DNA of 64,000 nt from Azospirillum sp. CAG:239 (GCA_963619585.1 CAVEXR010000005.1:20860-84859), one strand, 5' to 3'; counted from the stretch's first letter, positions 36,407 through 45,120 are shown. Numbers and translations: made by a program. Notes: generated from the letters alone by a model not told the origin.

Positions 36407-38164
36407 ATGGAAACGGAAGAGAGAAGTCTCAATTTCATTGAGCAGATTGTAGAGAAAGACCTCGCTGAGGGCAAGAACGATGGACGCATACAAACGCGTT
36501 TCCCGCCCGAGCCCAACGGCTACTTGCACATCGGGCATGTAAAAGCCATCTGTATGGATTTCGGCATCGCCGAGAAGTACCATGGCGTTTGCAACCTGCG
36601 TTTTGACGACACCAACCCGGTCAAGGAGGATGTAGAGTATGTAGATTCCATCCAACAGGACATCGCTTGGTTGGGCTTCAAGTGGGGCAATGTGTATTAC
36701 GCCAGCGACTATTTCCAGCAACTCTACGACCTCGCTATCCGTTTTATTAAAGAGGGCAAGGCGTATGTGGACGAGCAGACCGCCGAGCAGATAGCCGAGC
36801 AGAAGGGTACGCCCACCGAGCCGGGTGTGGCTTCGCCTTACCGAGACCGAAGCATCTCCGAAAATTTGCGCTTGTTCGAGGCTATGCAAGCCGGCGAAAT
36901 AGAGGACGGCAAGATGGTGCTGCGTGCTAAAATCGATATGGCGAACCCGAACATGCACTTCCGTGACCCGATCATGTATCGTATCATCACCACCCACCCG
37001 CACCATCGCACGGGGCGACGCTGGAATGTCTATCCGATGTACGATTTTGCACACGGCCAGAGCGACTATTTCGAGGGCGTAACACACTCTATCTGTACGC
37101 TTGAGTTTGTCGTACACCGCCCGCTCTACGACTATTTCCTCGACCAGTTTGTCGAGGGTGACTACCGTCCGCATCAGTACGAATTCAATCGTCTAAATAT
37201 CACCTATACCGTTATGTCCAAGCGCAAGATGCTCCAACTCGTCAAGGAGGGGCTTGTGCGTGGTTGGGACGACCCTCGTATGCCGACTGTGTGCGGTCTG
37301 CGCCGCCGTGGCTATACCGCCGAGGCGATACGCACCTTTATCGACAAGATAGGTTACACCAAGGTGGAGGGTATGATCGACCTCAGCCTCTTGGAGCATA
37401 CCGTGCGTGAGAGCCTGAAGGAAACTGCACCGCGTGTCTGCGCTATCTTCGATCCCGTGAAACTCGTTATCACCAACTACGAGGGCGAGGGCGAGACCAT
37501 TACGGCAGAGAATATCGACGGACACCCCGAACTCGGCACACGAGAGATGCATTTTGCTCGCGAATTGTATATAGAGCGTGGCGACTTCCTCGAGGAGGCA
37601 GACAAGAACTTCTTCCGCTTGAGCCCGGGCGGGCGTGAGGTGCGCCTGAAATCAGCGTATATCATCCAAGCCACCGGCTGCGAGAAAGACGCTGAGGGCA
37701 ATATCACGACCGTCTATGCCACCTACGATCCGAATTCCAAGTCGGGCACAGAGGGCGGCAACCGCAAGACCAAATCAACTATCAATTGGGTAGAGTGCAA
37801 GACCTGTATCGACGCTGAGGCACGCCTCTACGACCGTCTGTTTGCCGTAGAGAATCCGTCTGCCGGAGAGGGCGACTTCCGTGATCTGCTGAATCCCAAT
37901 AGTTTAGAGATCAAGACCATCAAGGTAGAGGGTTCGCTTGCCAAGGAGCTGCACGCTCCTGTTTATGAGAACATAGCGGGAGAAGGGAATGAAGATAATT
38001 CTTCTGCAACAGGTAATTCTTCTACGAAAGGAAAAGCCGGAATTCCCGAAGCAGCGCACTACCAACTCTTGAAGCAGGGCTATTTTGTTGTTGATCCGGA
38101 CACCACTTCCGACCACTTAGTCCTCAACCGCACTGCCTCCCTGAAAGACAACTGGCAGAAGTAG
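36407..38164 (+). CDS. glnS: glutamine--tRNA ligase
   Basis: RFPPEPNGYLHIGH (HIGH motif), VMSKRK (KMSKS motif), and a C-terminal beta-barrel. Confidence 0.93.
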   Translation: METEERSLNFIEQIVEKDLAEGKNDGRIQTRFPPEPNGYLHIGHVKAICMDFGIAEKYHGVCNLRFDDTNPVKEDVEYVDSIQQDIAWLGFKWGNVYYASDYFQQLYDLAIRFIKEGKAYVDEQTAEQIAEQKGTPTEPGVASPYRDRSISENLRLFEAMQAGEIEDGKMVLRAKIDMANPNMHFRDPIMYRIITTHPHHRTGRRWNVYPMYDFAHGQSDYFEGVTHSICTLEFVVHRPLYDYFLDQFVEGDYRPHQYEFNRLNITYTVMSKRKMLQLVKEGLVRGWDDPRMPTVCGLRRRGYTAEAIRTFIDKIGYTKVEGMIDLSLLEHTVRESLKETAPRVCAIFDPVKLVITNYEGEGETITAENIDGHPELGTREMHFARELYIERGDFLEEADKNFFRLSPGGREVRLKSAYIIQATGCEKDAEGNITTVYATYDPNSKSGTEGGNRKTKSTINWVECKTCIDAEARLYDRLFAVENPSAGEGDFRDLLNPNSLEIKTIKVEGSLAKELHAPVYENIAGEGNEDNSSATGNSSTKGKAGIPEAAHYQLLKQGYFVVDPDTTSDHLVLNRTASLKDNWQK

Positions 38165-38297
38165 AAGTAAAGGTTAGACCGTTTTTTCGGTTGGTTGTTA
38201 AACCACTGCTTCGTGCTACATATAAGACCACATTATGGCTGCTTGACAAATCTTGTTGAGTAGCCATAATTGATAAATATATATCATTTTGAATTAA

Positions 38298-38738
38298 TTA
38301 TTGACCTGTACGCCTAATTATTTGTGTATTCGAATAAAAAGATATAACTTTGCACCGAAATGAGGTGGTAATACTATCATTGCTCATCTCTTCCTTAGAG
38401 AGATTAAACTCAAAGTCATCCTCTCGTAATGTAGTTCTGTTATAAGAACTGAACTGACGGATGTAAAACCACGAGTGGTTGCAGTGGCGACCATACATGT
38501 TGGCAAAGGCGTTAATAACGCTTCGTAACTTGGCTATTCTGAATGTGAGAAGTTCTATAATGCGACCAAGACGAAGCAACAGAACGCCTGCATAGAGTGT
38601 ATACCTACGCGCATTTTGTGTCCAATTGTGTATATACACGGAGAATATAAAGGTCTGTGTATTTCCACAAAATAGGGCAGAGTTGCGTAATCTATACATC
38701 GGCAGGCTAGAGTTGCTCGTTTCCGTCGCAAACGGCAT
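38298..38738 (-). CDS. orphan hypothetical protein in the AT-rich islet
   Basis: A 146-codon open frame in visibly AT-rich DNA is unlikely by chance. No recognisable motif and no obvious promoter were found. Confidence 0.4.
   Translation of the reverse strand: MPFATETSNSSLPMYRLRNSALFCGNTQTFIFSVYIHNWTQNARRYTLYAGVLLLRLGRIIELLTFRIAKLRSVINAFANMYGRHCNHSWFYIRQFSSYNRTTLREDDFEFNLSKEEMSNDSITTSFRCKVISFYSNTQIIRRTGQ
38345..38352 (+). promoter_or_regulatory. -7 box TAacTTTG on the plus strand, antisense to the 146-aa ORF
   Basis: gatataactttgcacc, with a TTTG (tatttgtg) about 21-24 nt upstream. Confidence 0.45.
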
Positions 38739-38756
38739 CTTCTCACAGCCAGGAAT

Positions 38757-38788
38757 AGCAGGAACGAGTACTCGCGCCTGCTTTTTTT
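38757..38788 (+). terminator. plus-strand intrinsic terminator (hairpin + T7)
   Basis: agcagg-aacgagtactcgcg-cctgct followed by ttttttt. Confidence 0.55.
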
Positions 38789-38898
38789 ATGTTATGTAGG
38801 TTAGCAATATTCAGGTATATACAGAAGATAAAGTATTATCATATTCCAATTAAATAATAATTAGAAGTTGCGCACGACACGAATCAGTGTATAAAATC

Positions 38899-38985
38899 AT
38901 GTTCGAATCTATTTGTGGTATCATTGCAGTTATTGTTCCTGCAATCTGCATTGCTGTTATGGTTATTAAGAAAATCAACAAGTAA
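38899..38985 (+). CDS. tiny hydrophobic ORF 1 (28 aa, MFESICGIIAVIVPAICIAVMVIKKINK)
   Basis: ATG to TAA read directly from the sequence. One predicted TM helix with a basic C-terminus. Confidence 0.3.
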   Translation: MFESICGIIAVIVPAICIAVMVIKKINK

Positions 38986-38990
38986 TTAGT

Positions 38991-39053
38991 ATGATATATG
39001 CCACTCTTGTTATAGTCAGCAGCATATTCATCTTATATTGGTTATTCAAATAA
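38991..39053 (+). CDS. tiny hydrophobic ORF 2 (20 aa, MIYATLVIVSSIFILYWLFK)
   Basis: ATG to TAA, starting 5 nt after ORF 1. Confidence 0.3.
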   Translation: MIYATLVIVSSIFILYWLFK

Positions 39054-39061
39054 GGAAAAGT

Positions 39062-39133
39062 ATGGGAGCTGGTATGATATCTATTATTGCAGGAGCCATT
39101 GTGGTTGTCTATCTCATTTTCTTTAGAGATTAA
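39062..39133 (+). CDS. tiny hydrophobic ORF 3 (23 aa, MGAGMISIIAGAIVVVYLIFFRD)
   Basis: ATG to TAA, starting 8 nt after ORF 2 and preceded by aaggaaaag. Confidence 0.3.
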   Translation: MGAGMISIIAGAIVVVYLIFFRD

Positions 39134-39150
39134 AATAGACTATATGCAAC

Positions 39151-39204
39151 GATTACACAAGGGGTAAATGTTTTTCTTGAAGAGCATTTACCCCTTGTGT
39201 AATC
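39151..39204. terminator. 20-bp perfect inverted repeat hairpin between convergent units
   Basis: gattacacaaggggtaaatg - 14 nt - catttaccccttgtgtaatc. Confidence 0.55.
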
Positions 39205-39320
39205 GTAATTGGATTAGATTATAAAAACCGCTTATACTATGGACTGTTAGAAAATAGCCCATTCTGCAGGTATCTTATATAATAGGTTTGTTCTCTAACC
39301 TTAAGGATTATACCTCGTTG

Positions 39321-39830
39321 CTATAGCAATCCCGTCATCGAAATCGGCAGCAACAGAAGGTTACCATCTTGAGCAAGGTCTTTGGTATACAAGAGATACT
39401 GTTCGGCTACTCGGTTGCTGTACTTGGCGCAAAAAGCATCCAACGATGTGTGAGACTTGTAGCCCGAAGCCTTTACCTCAATGGGGCATATCTTACTGCC
39501 ACGCGTAAGCAGAAAATCCACCTCATAATTGTGTTTGCCGTCCTTGGGAAATGTATAATAAAACAATTGGTGTCCGGCAGCACGAAGCATCTGTGCTACA
39601 AGGTTCTCATATACATAGTCTAAATTGGTCGGCAATTTATCACATGGTTCGGGGCATAGTTGAAGTCTATCAGCAGATACGACTTATATTCGTGCATAGC
39701 GAACTGCCGCACCACCGTGGATTTGCCCACACGCCGCGCTCCCTCGATGAGAAGGGCACTCTGCCCCTGTCGCTCCTGTTTCCACTGCAACATACGGTTG
39801 TATAACTTGCGCTTGAAGGTATGATTATTA
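39321..39830 (-). pseudogene. remnant of an AAA+/DUF4143-type ATPase gene (internal deletion, frameshift, no ATG)
   Basis: An N-terminal fragment ..TFKRKLYNRMLQWKQERQGQSALLIEGARRVGKSTVVRQFA..LLIDF joins out of frame at about 39636 to a C-terminal fragment ..YEVDFLLTRGSKICPIEVKASG... About 250 codons of the middle are missing relative to the intact paralog at 3170-4360. Confidence 0.75.
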
Positions 39831-39925
39831 TCTATTCATCTTATATACAGTATGTTATACATTATACTTTTGCTAACCCAAAAATGTTTTATCGCAAAAT
39901 ATCGGCTATCACCAAAATGTTTAGA

Positions 39926-39965
39926 GGACTTCTATAAATTGCTTTGTAGTGATTTATAGAAGTCC
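39926..39965. repeat. inverted pair of the GGACTTCTATAAAT box
   Basis: ggacttctataaat - 12 nt - atttatagaagtcc, just downstream of the minus-strand regulator gene. Confidence 0.75.
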
Positions 39966-39992
39966 ACTTAATCGTTTGCATCACACTACAAA

Positions 39993-41594
39993 TTACACAT
40001 TCTCCTTAGGTGTGGTGCCAAAGAATTCCTTATAGCACTTGGTGAAATAGGACGGGGACGAGAAACCAACCGAATAGGCAACCTGCTGGATAGTCAAATC
40101 CGTATTGCGTAACATCTGCTGCGCACGACGCAAACGCACCCTGCGTATCAACTCCACCGGCGACACCCCCATCAACTGTTTCGTACGGCGGAAGAGTTGC
40201 GTACGACTCACGCCCAACTCACTGCACAGACTCTCCACCGTGAACTCCGTATCGCCCAAATGCTTCTCTATCTGCGACTGCAAACGGTTGACAAAAACCT
40301 CGTCGAGCGACTGCGACTGACGAGTACGCTCCAACTCCGCCGTGATAGACTCTAACTGCTGCTGTTGGCGTGCCACCAAACGAGCATGCTCCTCCCGCTC
40401 CAAGCGCACACGCTGCCGATAAAGGCGGACATTATACAATAACAACAGCAACATAGCTGCCAAGAGGAAGAACGCCACAAAGACCGCTATTGTCACCTGC
40501 TGCGAATGTGCCACCCCACCGAGGTGCGTCAACTGCTGCTCAAGCGTGGCGATAGCCTCCATTTGGTGGTCTATCTCTTCTGCCACTTGCTGCAACGGCT
40601 CGGCGGCATCACGGTCGATCAAGACCGTCTGCAGCACAACATCCCGCCGATAGGGTTCACCGTGGAGGATATGCGCCGCCGTCTCTATAACAAAATCGCC
40701 TTTACTGGGATAAGTTGCCGTAACATCTATCTCGCCGCGGAGTATCGCCTCTATGCCACCGCCTGCGCCCACGATACCATCCGCACCCATGATATACGGA
40801 CGACGGTTGGGAGTGCGTTTACAGCACGCCTCGGATGCCCCCATCGCCATCTCATCATTCTGCGCCAAGATAACATCGATATTGGTATGTGTCTGCAAGA
40901 GCGAATCAACGGCGATACGCGCTTCGGCACGGAACCAATCACCGCATGCCGTCCCCACGACTTGCACCTCCGGATGTGCGGCAAGGACGGTCTGCATTCC
41001 CTGCAGGCGAAGCGTCATAGGTGTGCTGCCGGGCAGCCCCGTAACAACCAACGCCCGTAATGGGTGGCGGGGCGTGCGTTTCTGCTTGTCGGCAAGAGAA
41101 AGGGCATACCGCCCCATGAGTTCGCCCACGGCATAGTTATCGCCCCCGATAAACGCCGTATACCGCTCGCCCGAGACTTGACGGTCTGCCACAATAACGG
41201 GGATACCCGCATCATAAGCACGGCTCACTGCCGGCTTGACCTCCTCCGCCTCATTGGGAGAGACAATCAACAAATCGACCCGCTCACGGATGAATGAATC
41301 AATCTGCGCACACTGCAAGTCGCTGTTGTCCTGCGCCTGGCGGATACGCATCGCTATCTCGGGATGGAAAATAAGTTCCCGCGCCATCTCCTCGTTCATC
41401 TTCGTACGCCACGCATCGTCCGAACACTGACTGACACCGATTGTGTACTGCGCACGAGAAGAGGAAGATATAGTAGCGGGCGTACCCGAGCAAGAGGCAA
41501 GGCACAAGAGGATAATGGTTATTAACAAGACAGCCATTCGTACCCCCCCCCATAGATGTATATATTTTATCATATTCGAGTAGTAATTAATCAT
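39993..41594 (-). CDS. membrane-anchored one-component regulator: periplasmic sugar-binding (PBP type I) domain, TM helix, coiled coil, AraC-type HTH (start codon uncertain)
   Basis: Lipobox-like LCLASCSG; IGVSQCSDDAWRTKMNEEM and IVSPNEA (PBP-I as in hybrid two-component sensors); TM VTIAVFVAFFLLAAMLLLLLY; AraC HTH ...IQQVAYSVGFSSPSYFTKCYKEFFG. No kinase or receiver motifs. Confidence 0.75.
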   Translation of the reverse strand: MINYYSNMIKYIHLWGGVRMAVLLITIILLCLASCSGTPATISSSSRAQYTIGVSQCSDDAWRTKMNEEMARELIFHPEIAMRIRQAQDNSDLQCAQIDSFIRERVDLLIVSPNEAEEVKPAVSRAYDAGIPVIVADRQVSGERYTAFIGGDNYAVGELMGRYALSLADKQKRTPRHPLRALVVTGLPGSTPMTLRLQGMQTVLAAHPEVQVVGTACGDWFRAEARIAVDSLLQTHTNIDVILAQNDEMAMGASEACCKRTPNRRPYIMGADGIVGAGGGIEAILRGEIDVTATYPSKGDFVIETAAHILHGEPYRRDVVLQTVLIDRDAAEPLQQVAEEIDHQMEAIATLEQQLTHLGGVAHSQQVTIAVFVAFFLLAAMLLLLLYNVRLYRQRVRLEREEHARLVARQQQQLESITAELERTRQSQSLDEVFVNRLQSQIEKHLGDTEFTVESLCSELGVSRTQLFRRTKQLMGVSPVELIRRVRLRRAQQMLRNTDLTIQQVAYSVGFSSPSYFTKCYKEFFGTTPKENV

Positions 41595-41758
41595 TAGTAA
41601 CTAATACATTCTATATGGTCGAGATTGTTTCTTGGTATTCCGGTTAATCTAGTCGTTATAGTTATTATAGTTGAACTAGTTATTCTATAGTCTCTTCTAC
41701 AGCGGGTGCCCGCAAGGAGTGCGCTGCGGGGCTACCCTTGAGAGGTAGGGGAAGTCCT

Positions 41759-42841
41759 CTAATTCGTCATTAGGTATTCTACCGCCTCTTCTATCTTTTT
41801 CTCTTCTATCTCGCAGTTGAGGGCGGGTTGACCTATGGCATCCAAGAGAACAAAGACCACACGGTCGGCCGTACGGTTCTTCTTGTCCTGATGCATATAC
41901 CGCAACAAGACCGCAAGGTCGGTACAACGACAGACAGGTTTCCCATAGTAGGTACGCATCAGCGACTCGACCTGCTGTAACGCTTCGTGCGATATTCCCC
42001 GTTCCGTAACACTCAAATAGAGTTCTGCCACCATACCCCACAGGACGCAATAGCCGTGGGAAGGTGCAGGTGAGTCCGGGTAGAGGTCGCGCCCCTCCGA
42101 CTGATAGTATGCCTCAAGGGCATGCCCCACCGTATGTCCGAAATTGAGCGACTGGCGAATACCCCGCTCCGTGGGGTCTTGCTGCACAACCCGCTCCTTG
42201 AATTGACAACTCTCCTCCAAGAGTGGTGTAAATGCATTCCACGAGGGCTTTTCGCCCAACAAGTTACCTATATCGAACGCCAAGAGCCGGTGCCACATCT
42301 CGGGTGAGCCGACAAGGGCGTGCTTGAGCATCTCCGCATAGCCGCCAAGCAGTTCCGTAGCAGGCAATGTCCGCAAGTAAGGCGGGTAGATAAGCGTCTC
42401 CATGGGGCGGGCAAACGCTCCTATGCTGTTCTTCACACCCCGATAGTCGAACCCCGTCTTCCCCCCTATCGCCGCATCGACCATGGCGAGCAGCGTAGTA
42501 GGCACCGCAACGAAACGGATACCCCGCTTATAGGTAGCCGCCGCAAAACCTCCCAAATCCGTTACTACCCCACCACCGACACAGACCAACACGGACGAGC
42601 GTGTGGCATAGTGCGAGAGCAGAAAATCCCAAATCCGGGTAACCGTCTCGAGCGTCTTATGCACCTCTCCATCGGGCAACTTCAGCACGGGACAAGCGTC
42701 CTCCCCATACTGCGCCCGACGCACTTCTATCCACTCACGAAAAGGCGCAAGGGCATCGAAAGCAGGGGTATCGGGAATAACGAACAGCACTCCCTTGTCG
42801 GGGAGGTGTTCCATTAATAATGCAGGATTAACAGTTAACAT
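41759..42841 (-). CDS. aroB: 3-dehydroquinate synthase
   Basis: VCVGGGVVTDLGGFAAATYKRGIRFVAVPTTLLAMVDAAIGGKTG. Confidence 0.88.
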   Translation of the reverse strand: MLTVNPALLMEHLPDKGVLFVIPDTPAFDALAPFREWIEVRRAQYGEDACPVLKLPDGEVHKTLETVTRIWDFLLSHYATRSSVLVCVGGGVVTDLGGFAAATYKRGIRFVAVPTTLLAMVDAAIGGKTGFDYRGVKNSIGAFARPMETLIYPPYLRTLPATELLGGYAEMLKHALVGSPEMWHRLLAFDIGNLLGEKPSWNAFTPLLEESCQFKERVVQQDPTERGIRQSLNFGHTVGHALEAYYQSEGRDLYPDSPAPSHGYCVLWGMVAELYLSVTERGISHEALQQVESLMRTYYGKPVCRCTDLAVLLRYMHQDKKNRTADRVVFVLLDAIGQPALNCEIEEKKIEEAVEYLMTN

Positions 42842-42906
42842 ACCGGTGCCTGTTTTTTTTGAGGGGTGGACTATATAGTACCGTCAGTCTGAATATGCTA
42901 TAAGGG

Positions 42907-44229
42907 TTAGAACAGAGATTGCATAAAACCTGCTGCGGGGCGGGAAGCCAAAGGAATACGGTCTCCTTGCGTAAGCGGGTGAGCATTAGCGGATTGGGAT
43001 TGTAGTACCTCAATGTCGTTGAACAGACGAATCAGTGAACGACCGATTGCCCATGCCAAATTAACCGGTACCGCATTGCCAATTTGCTTATATTGTGCAT
43101 CCATCTTACCCGCAAACTCCCAACTATCGGGGAAAGTCTGTATACGCGCATACTCACGCACAGTAAGCGGACGGGTTTCAATAGGGTGGCAGCGTTCGGT
43201 CTGTTTCATAGCCGGCGCACAAGTGAGCGTCAGCGAAGGTTCGTCCAACGACAAACGGCGGGCTACTCCTGTCTTACCACCGCCCAATTGCAGGCTGCCT
43301 TTCATATATTCCACCTGCACATCAGCAGGTAAGTCGCGCCAATCGCCGCCCATAGGTACCATAGCCATTATCTCTTTTTTGCGGGCAGGGTATTTTTGTC
43401 CCTCGGAAGCAGGAACATCGCTGTCGTAGAGAATACCCTTATAGAAAGTGTCCCGTAAGGTCAGTATCTGCCTATATGGGTCGGGCCAATGGAATTCAAT
43501 ATATGGTGCGAGGTCGTTGCGTACTGCTATCAGAATCAGTCGTTCCCGCTTTTGCGGCACCATATATTGGATAGCCTTCAGCACTCGTGGCGGTATCAAA
43601 GTATAGCCCAAATCGGCAATAACATCCTGAATGGTTTGGAGCGTTTTGCCATTGTCGTGCGAGACCAAACCTTTCACATTCTCGCCCATAAAGACCTTCG
43701 GACGGGTCTCCTTCACGGCACGCGCTAACTCAAAAAACAGTGTACCGCGTGCGTCTTCGAACCCTCGTTTCTCACCTGCATACGAAAAGGCTTGGCACGG
43801 AAAGCCTCCGGACAGGAAATCAACCTTATCGGCATAGGGTGTAAAGTCGACCGTATGCACATCGCCCTCGACAACATTCCAATCGGGTTGATTGCGACGC
43901 AGTGTTTCGCACGCACTATGGTCAAACTCGTTGAGCAAAATATGCTTGAATCCTGCCTTGTGCATACCCAAAGCCAACCCGCCACCTCCGGCAAAGAGTT
44001 CGATTGCCGTATAGGGGCGGAGTGGTGTAGTGGTCATCTCGTCATCCCAATGCGAATATGCCATGGCGTCCACTTCGGGAATGCCCTGCAATTGGCGGTA
44101 CGAGAAACCGCTCTTGCCTTCTGCATTTTTCTCCAAATAGAATTTGCCGCTACGCACCCAACTATCCACGGTACGGTACGAAACGCCCAATATGTCTGCC
44201 AAGTTATTGGCGGTCAAAAATAATTCCAT
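42907..44229 (-). CDS. DNA (cytosine-5)-methyltransferase with an N-terminal HTH extension
   Basis: Motif I ELFAGGGG, motif IV GGFPCQAFS, motif VI ENVKGL, motif X QIGNAVPV. About 70 aa of N-terminal HTH-like sequence (LADILGVSYRTVDSWVRSGK). Confidence 0.9.
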   Translation of the reverse strand: MELFLTANNLADILGVSYRTVDSWVRSGKFYLEKNAEGKSGFSYRQLQGIPEVDAMAYSHWDDEMTTTPLRPYTAIELFAGGGGLALGMHKAGFKHILLNEFDHSACETLRRNQPDWNVVEGDVHTVDFTPYADKVDFLSGGFPCQAFSYAGEKRGFEDARGTLFFELARAVKETRPKVFMGENVKGLVSHDNGKTLQTIQDVIADLGYTLIPPRVLKAIQYMVPQKRERLILIAVRNDLAPYIEFHWPDPYRQILTLRDTFYKGILYDSDVPASEGQKYPARKKEIMAMVPMGGDWRDLPADVQVEYMKGSLQLGGGKTGVARRLSLDEPSLTLTCAPAMKQTERCHPIETRPLTVREYARIQTFPDSWEFAGKMDAQYKQIGNAVPVNLAWAIGRSLIRLFNDIEVLQSQSANAHPLTQGDRIPLASRPAAGFMQSLF

Positions 44230-44972
44230 TATAGTGTATCAAAGCCTTCGTAAGTACTGAATGCCAACCTATAGAGTTGACGATAGGTATTCATGTTTTC
44301 GGTCTGCATCTCTGCCAACACGGTGTTTTTTATCTCGCCTAAGCCTAACTCTGCAACCACATCATCGAGAATGGTAGGCAGGGCTTTGCAGAGTTTGAAG
44401 AATGCGGTACTATCGCCGAAAACTACCTCGTAGAAGCGGTCAATAGACACCCGAAATATCCGCTCGTGTGCAATCTTATCCCCTTTGAAACTTCCTTGCC
44501 ACGGAATATATTGCGATTGCTTGGCAATCACCTCCACCAACATACAAGTAGCCTTAGGGTCGTTGGATACTTTATTGAACATCGACAACATCGTATCACG
44601 AGCCGCAGCAGCATTCATCGTGTTGTGCTTGTTCTTCATCTCGACATATATCTTGCGCTCTTCGTTGACAATATCAAAGCCTTTTTCCGGGACTTCCCAC
44701 CCTTTACCGACCAAACGGAAAAGATTTTGGTGAAAATAACCCAGTACATTGGAATTGGCTTTGTCAATTTGGCGAGAGCACTCGTCCATAATAACCTCCT
44801 CCCACGACTTGCCATACACTTTGGCATCAAAAGTAAGTTTGACCGGGTCGACAATATTGGAATTGAACTTATGCAGGTCAATTTCGGTAGTAAACTGTTC
44901 AACATACGACCGGACATAATCGTAGATGACTTGGTCGTCCAAAAAGCCTAAATGGTATTGTTGGCGTGGCAT
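44229..44972 (-). CDS. type II restriction endonuclease (tentatively Eco47II-like family)
   Basis: The stop overlaps the methyltransferase ATG (TAATG). PD-(D/E)xK-like GFDIVNEERKIYVEMKNKHNTMN. The family assignment is from memory only. Confidence 0.6.
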   Translation of the reverse strand: MPRQQYHLGFLDDQVIYDYVRSYVEQFTTEIDLHKFNSNIVDPVKLTFDAKVYGKSWEEVIMDECSRQIDKANSNVLGYFHQNLFRLVGKGWEVPEKGFDIVNEERKIYVEMKNKHNTMNAAAARDTMLSMFNKVSNDPKATCMLVEVIAKQSQYIPWQGSFKGDKIAHERIFRVSIDRFYEVVFGDSTAFFKLCKALPTILDDVVAELGLGEIKNTVLAEMQTENMNTYRQLYRLAFSTYEGFDTL

Positions 44973-45072
44973 ACGGATAGTATGTAATTTAGAGATTTAT
45001 GTTTTGTTCGGATTAAAAGACAATAAGAATAATATTAAACAGTAGAAGTCTCTTGTTTCCTTGATTTGTCTG

Positions 45073-45080
45073 CAAAGGTA
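45073..45080 (-). promoter_or_regulatory. -7 box TAccTTTG upstream of the R-M operon
   Basis: The plus strand reads caaaggta, about 100 nt upstream of the endonuclease start. Confidence 0.5.
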
Positions 45081-45112
45081 CAACTATTTTTGGGAATGTG
45101 GAATAAAATGCG

Positions 45113-45120
45113 TAACTTTG
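45113..45120 (+). promoter_or_regulatory. -7 box TAacTTTG upstream of the thioredoxin operon
   Basis: gcgtaactttgcgcc, divergent from the R-M promoter. Confidence 0.5.

Noticed and set aside
38895-38915. A tRNA T-loop-like string gttcgaatc
   Set aside because: There is no flanking GG/CC T-stem, no acceptor stem and no cloverleaf around it. It lies inside tiny ORF 1.
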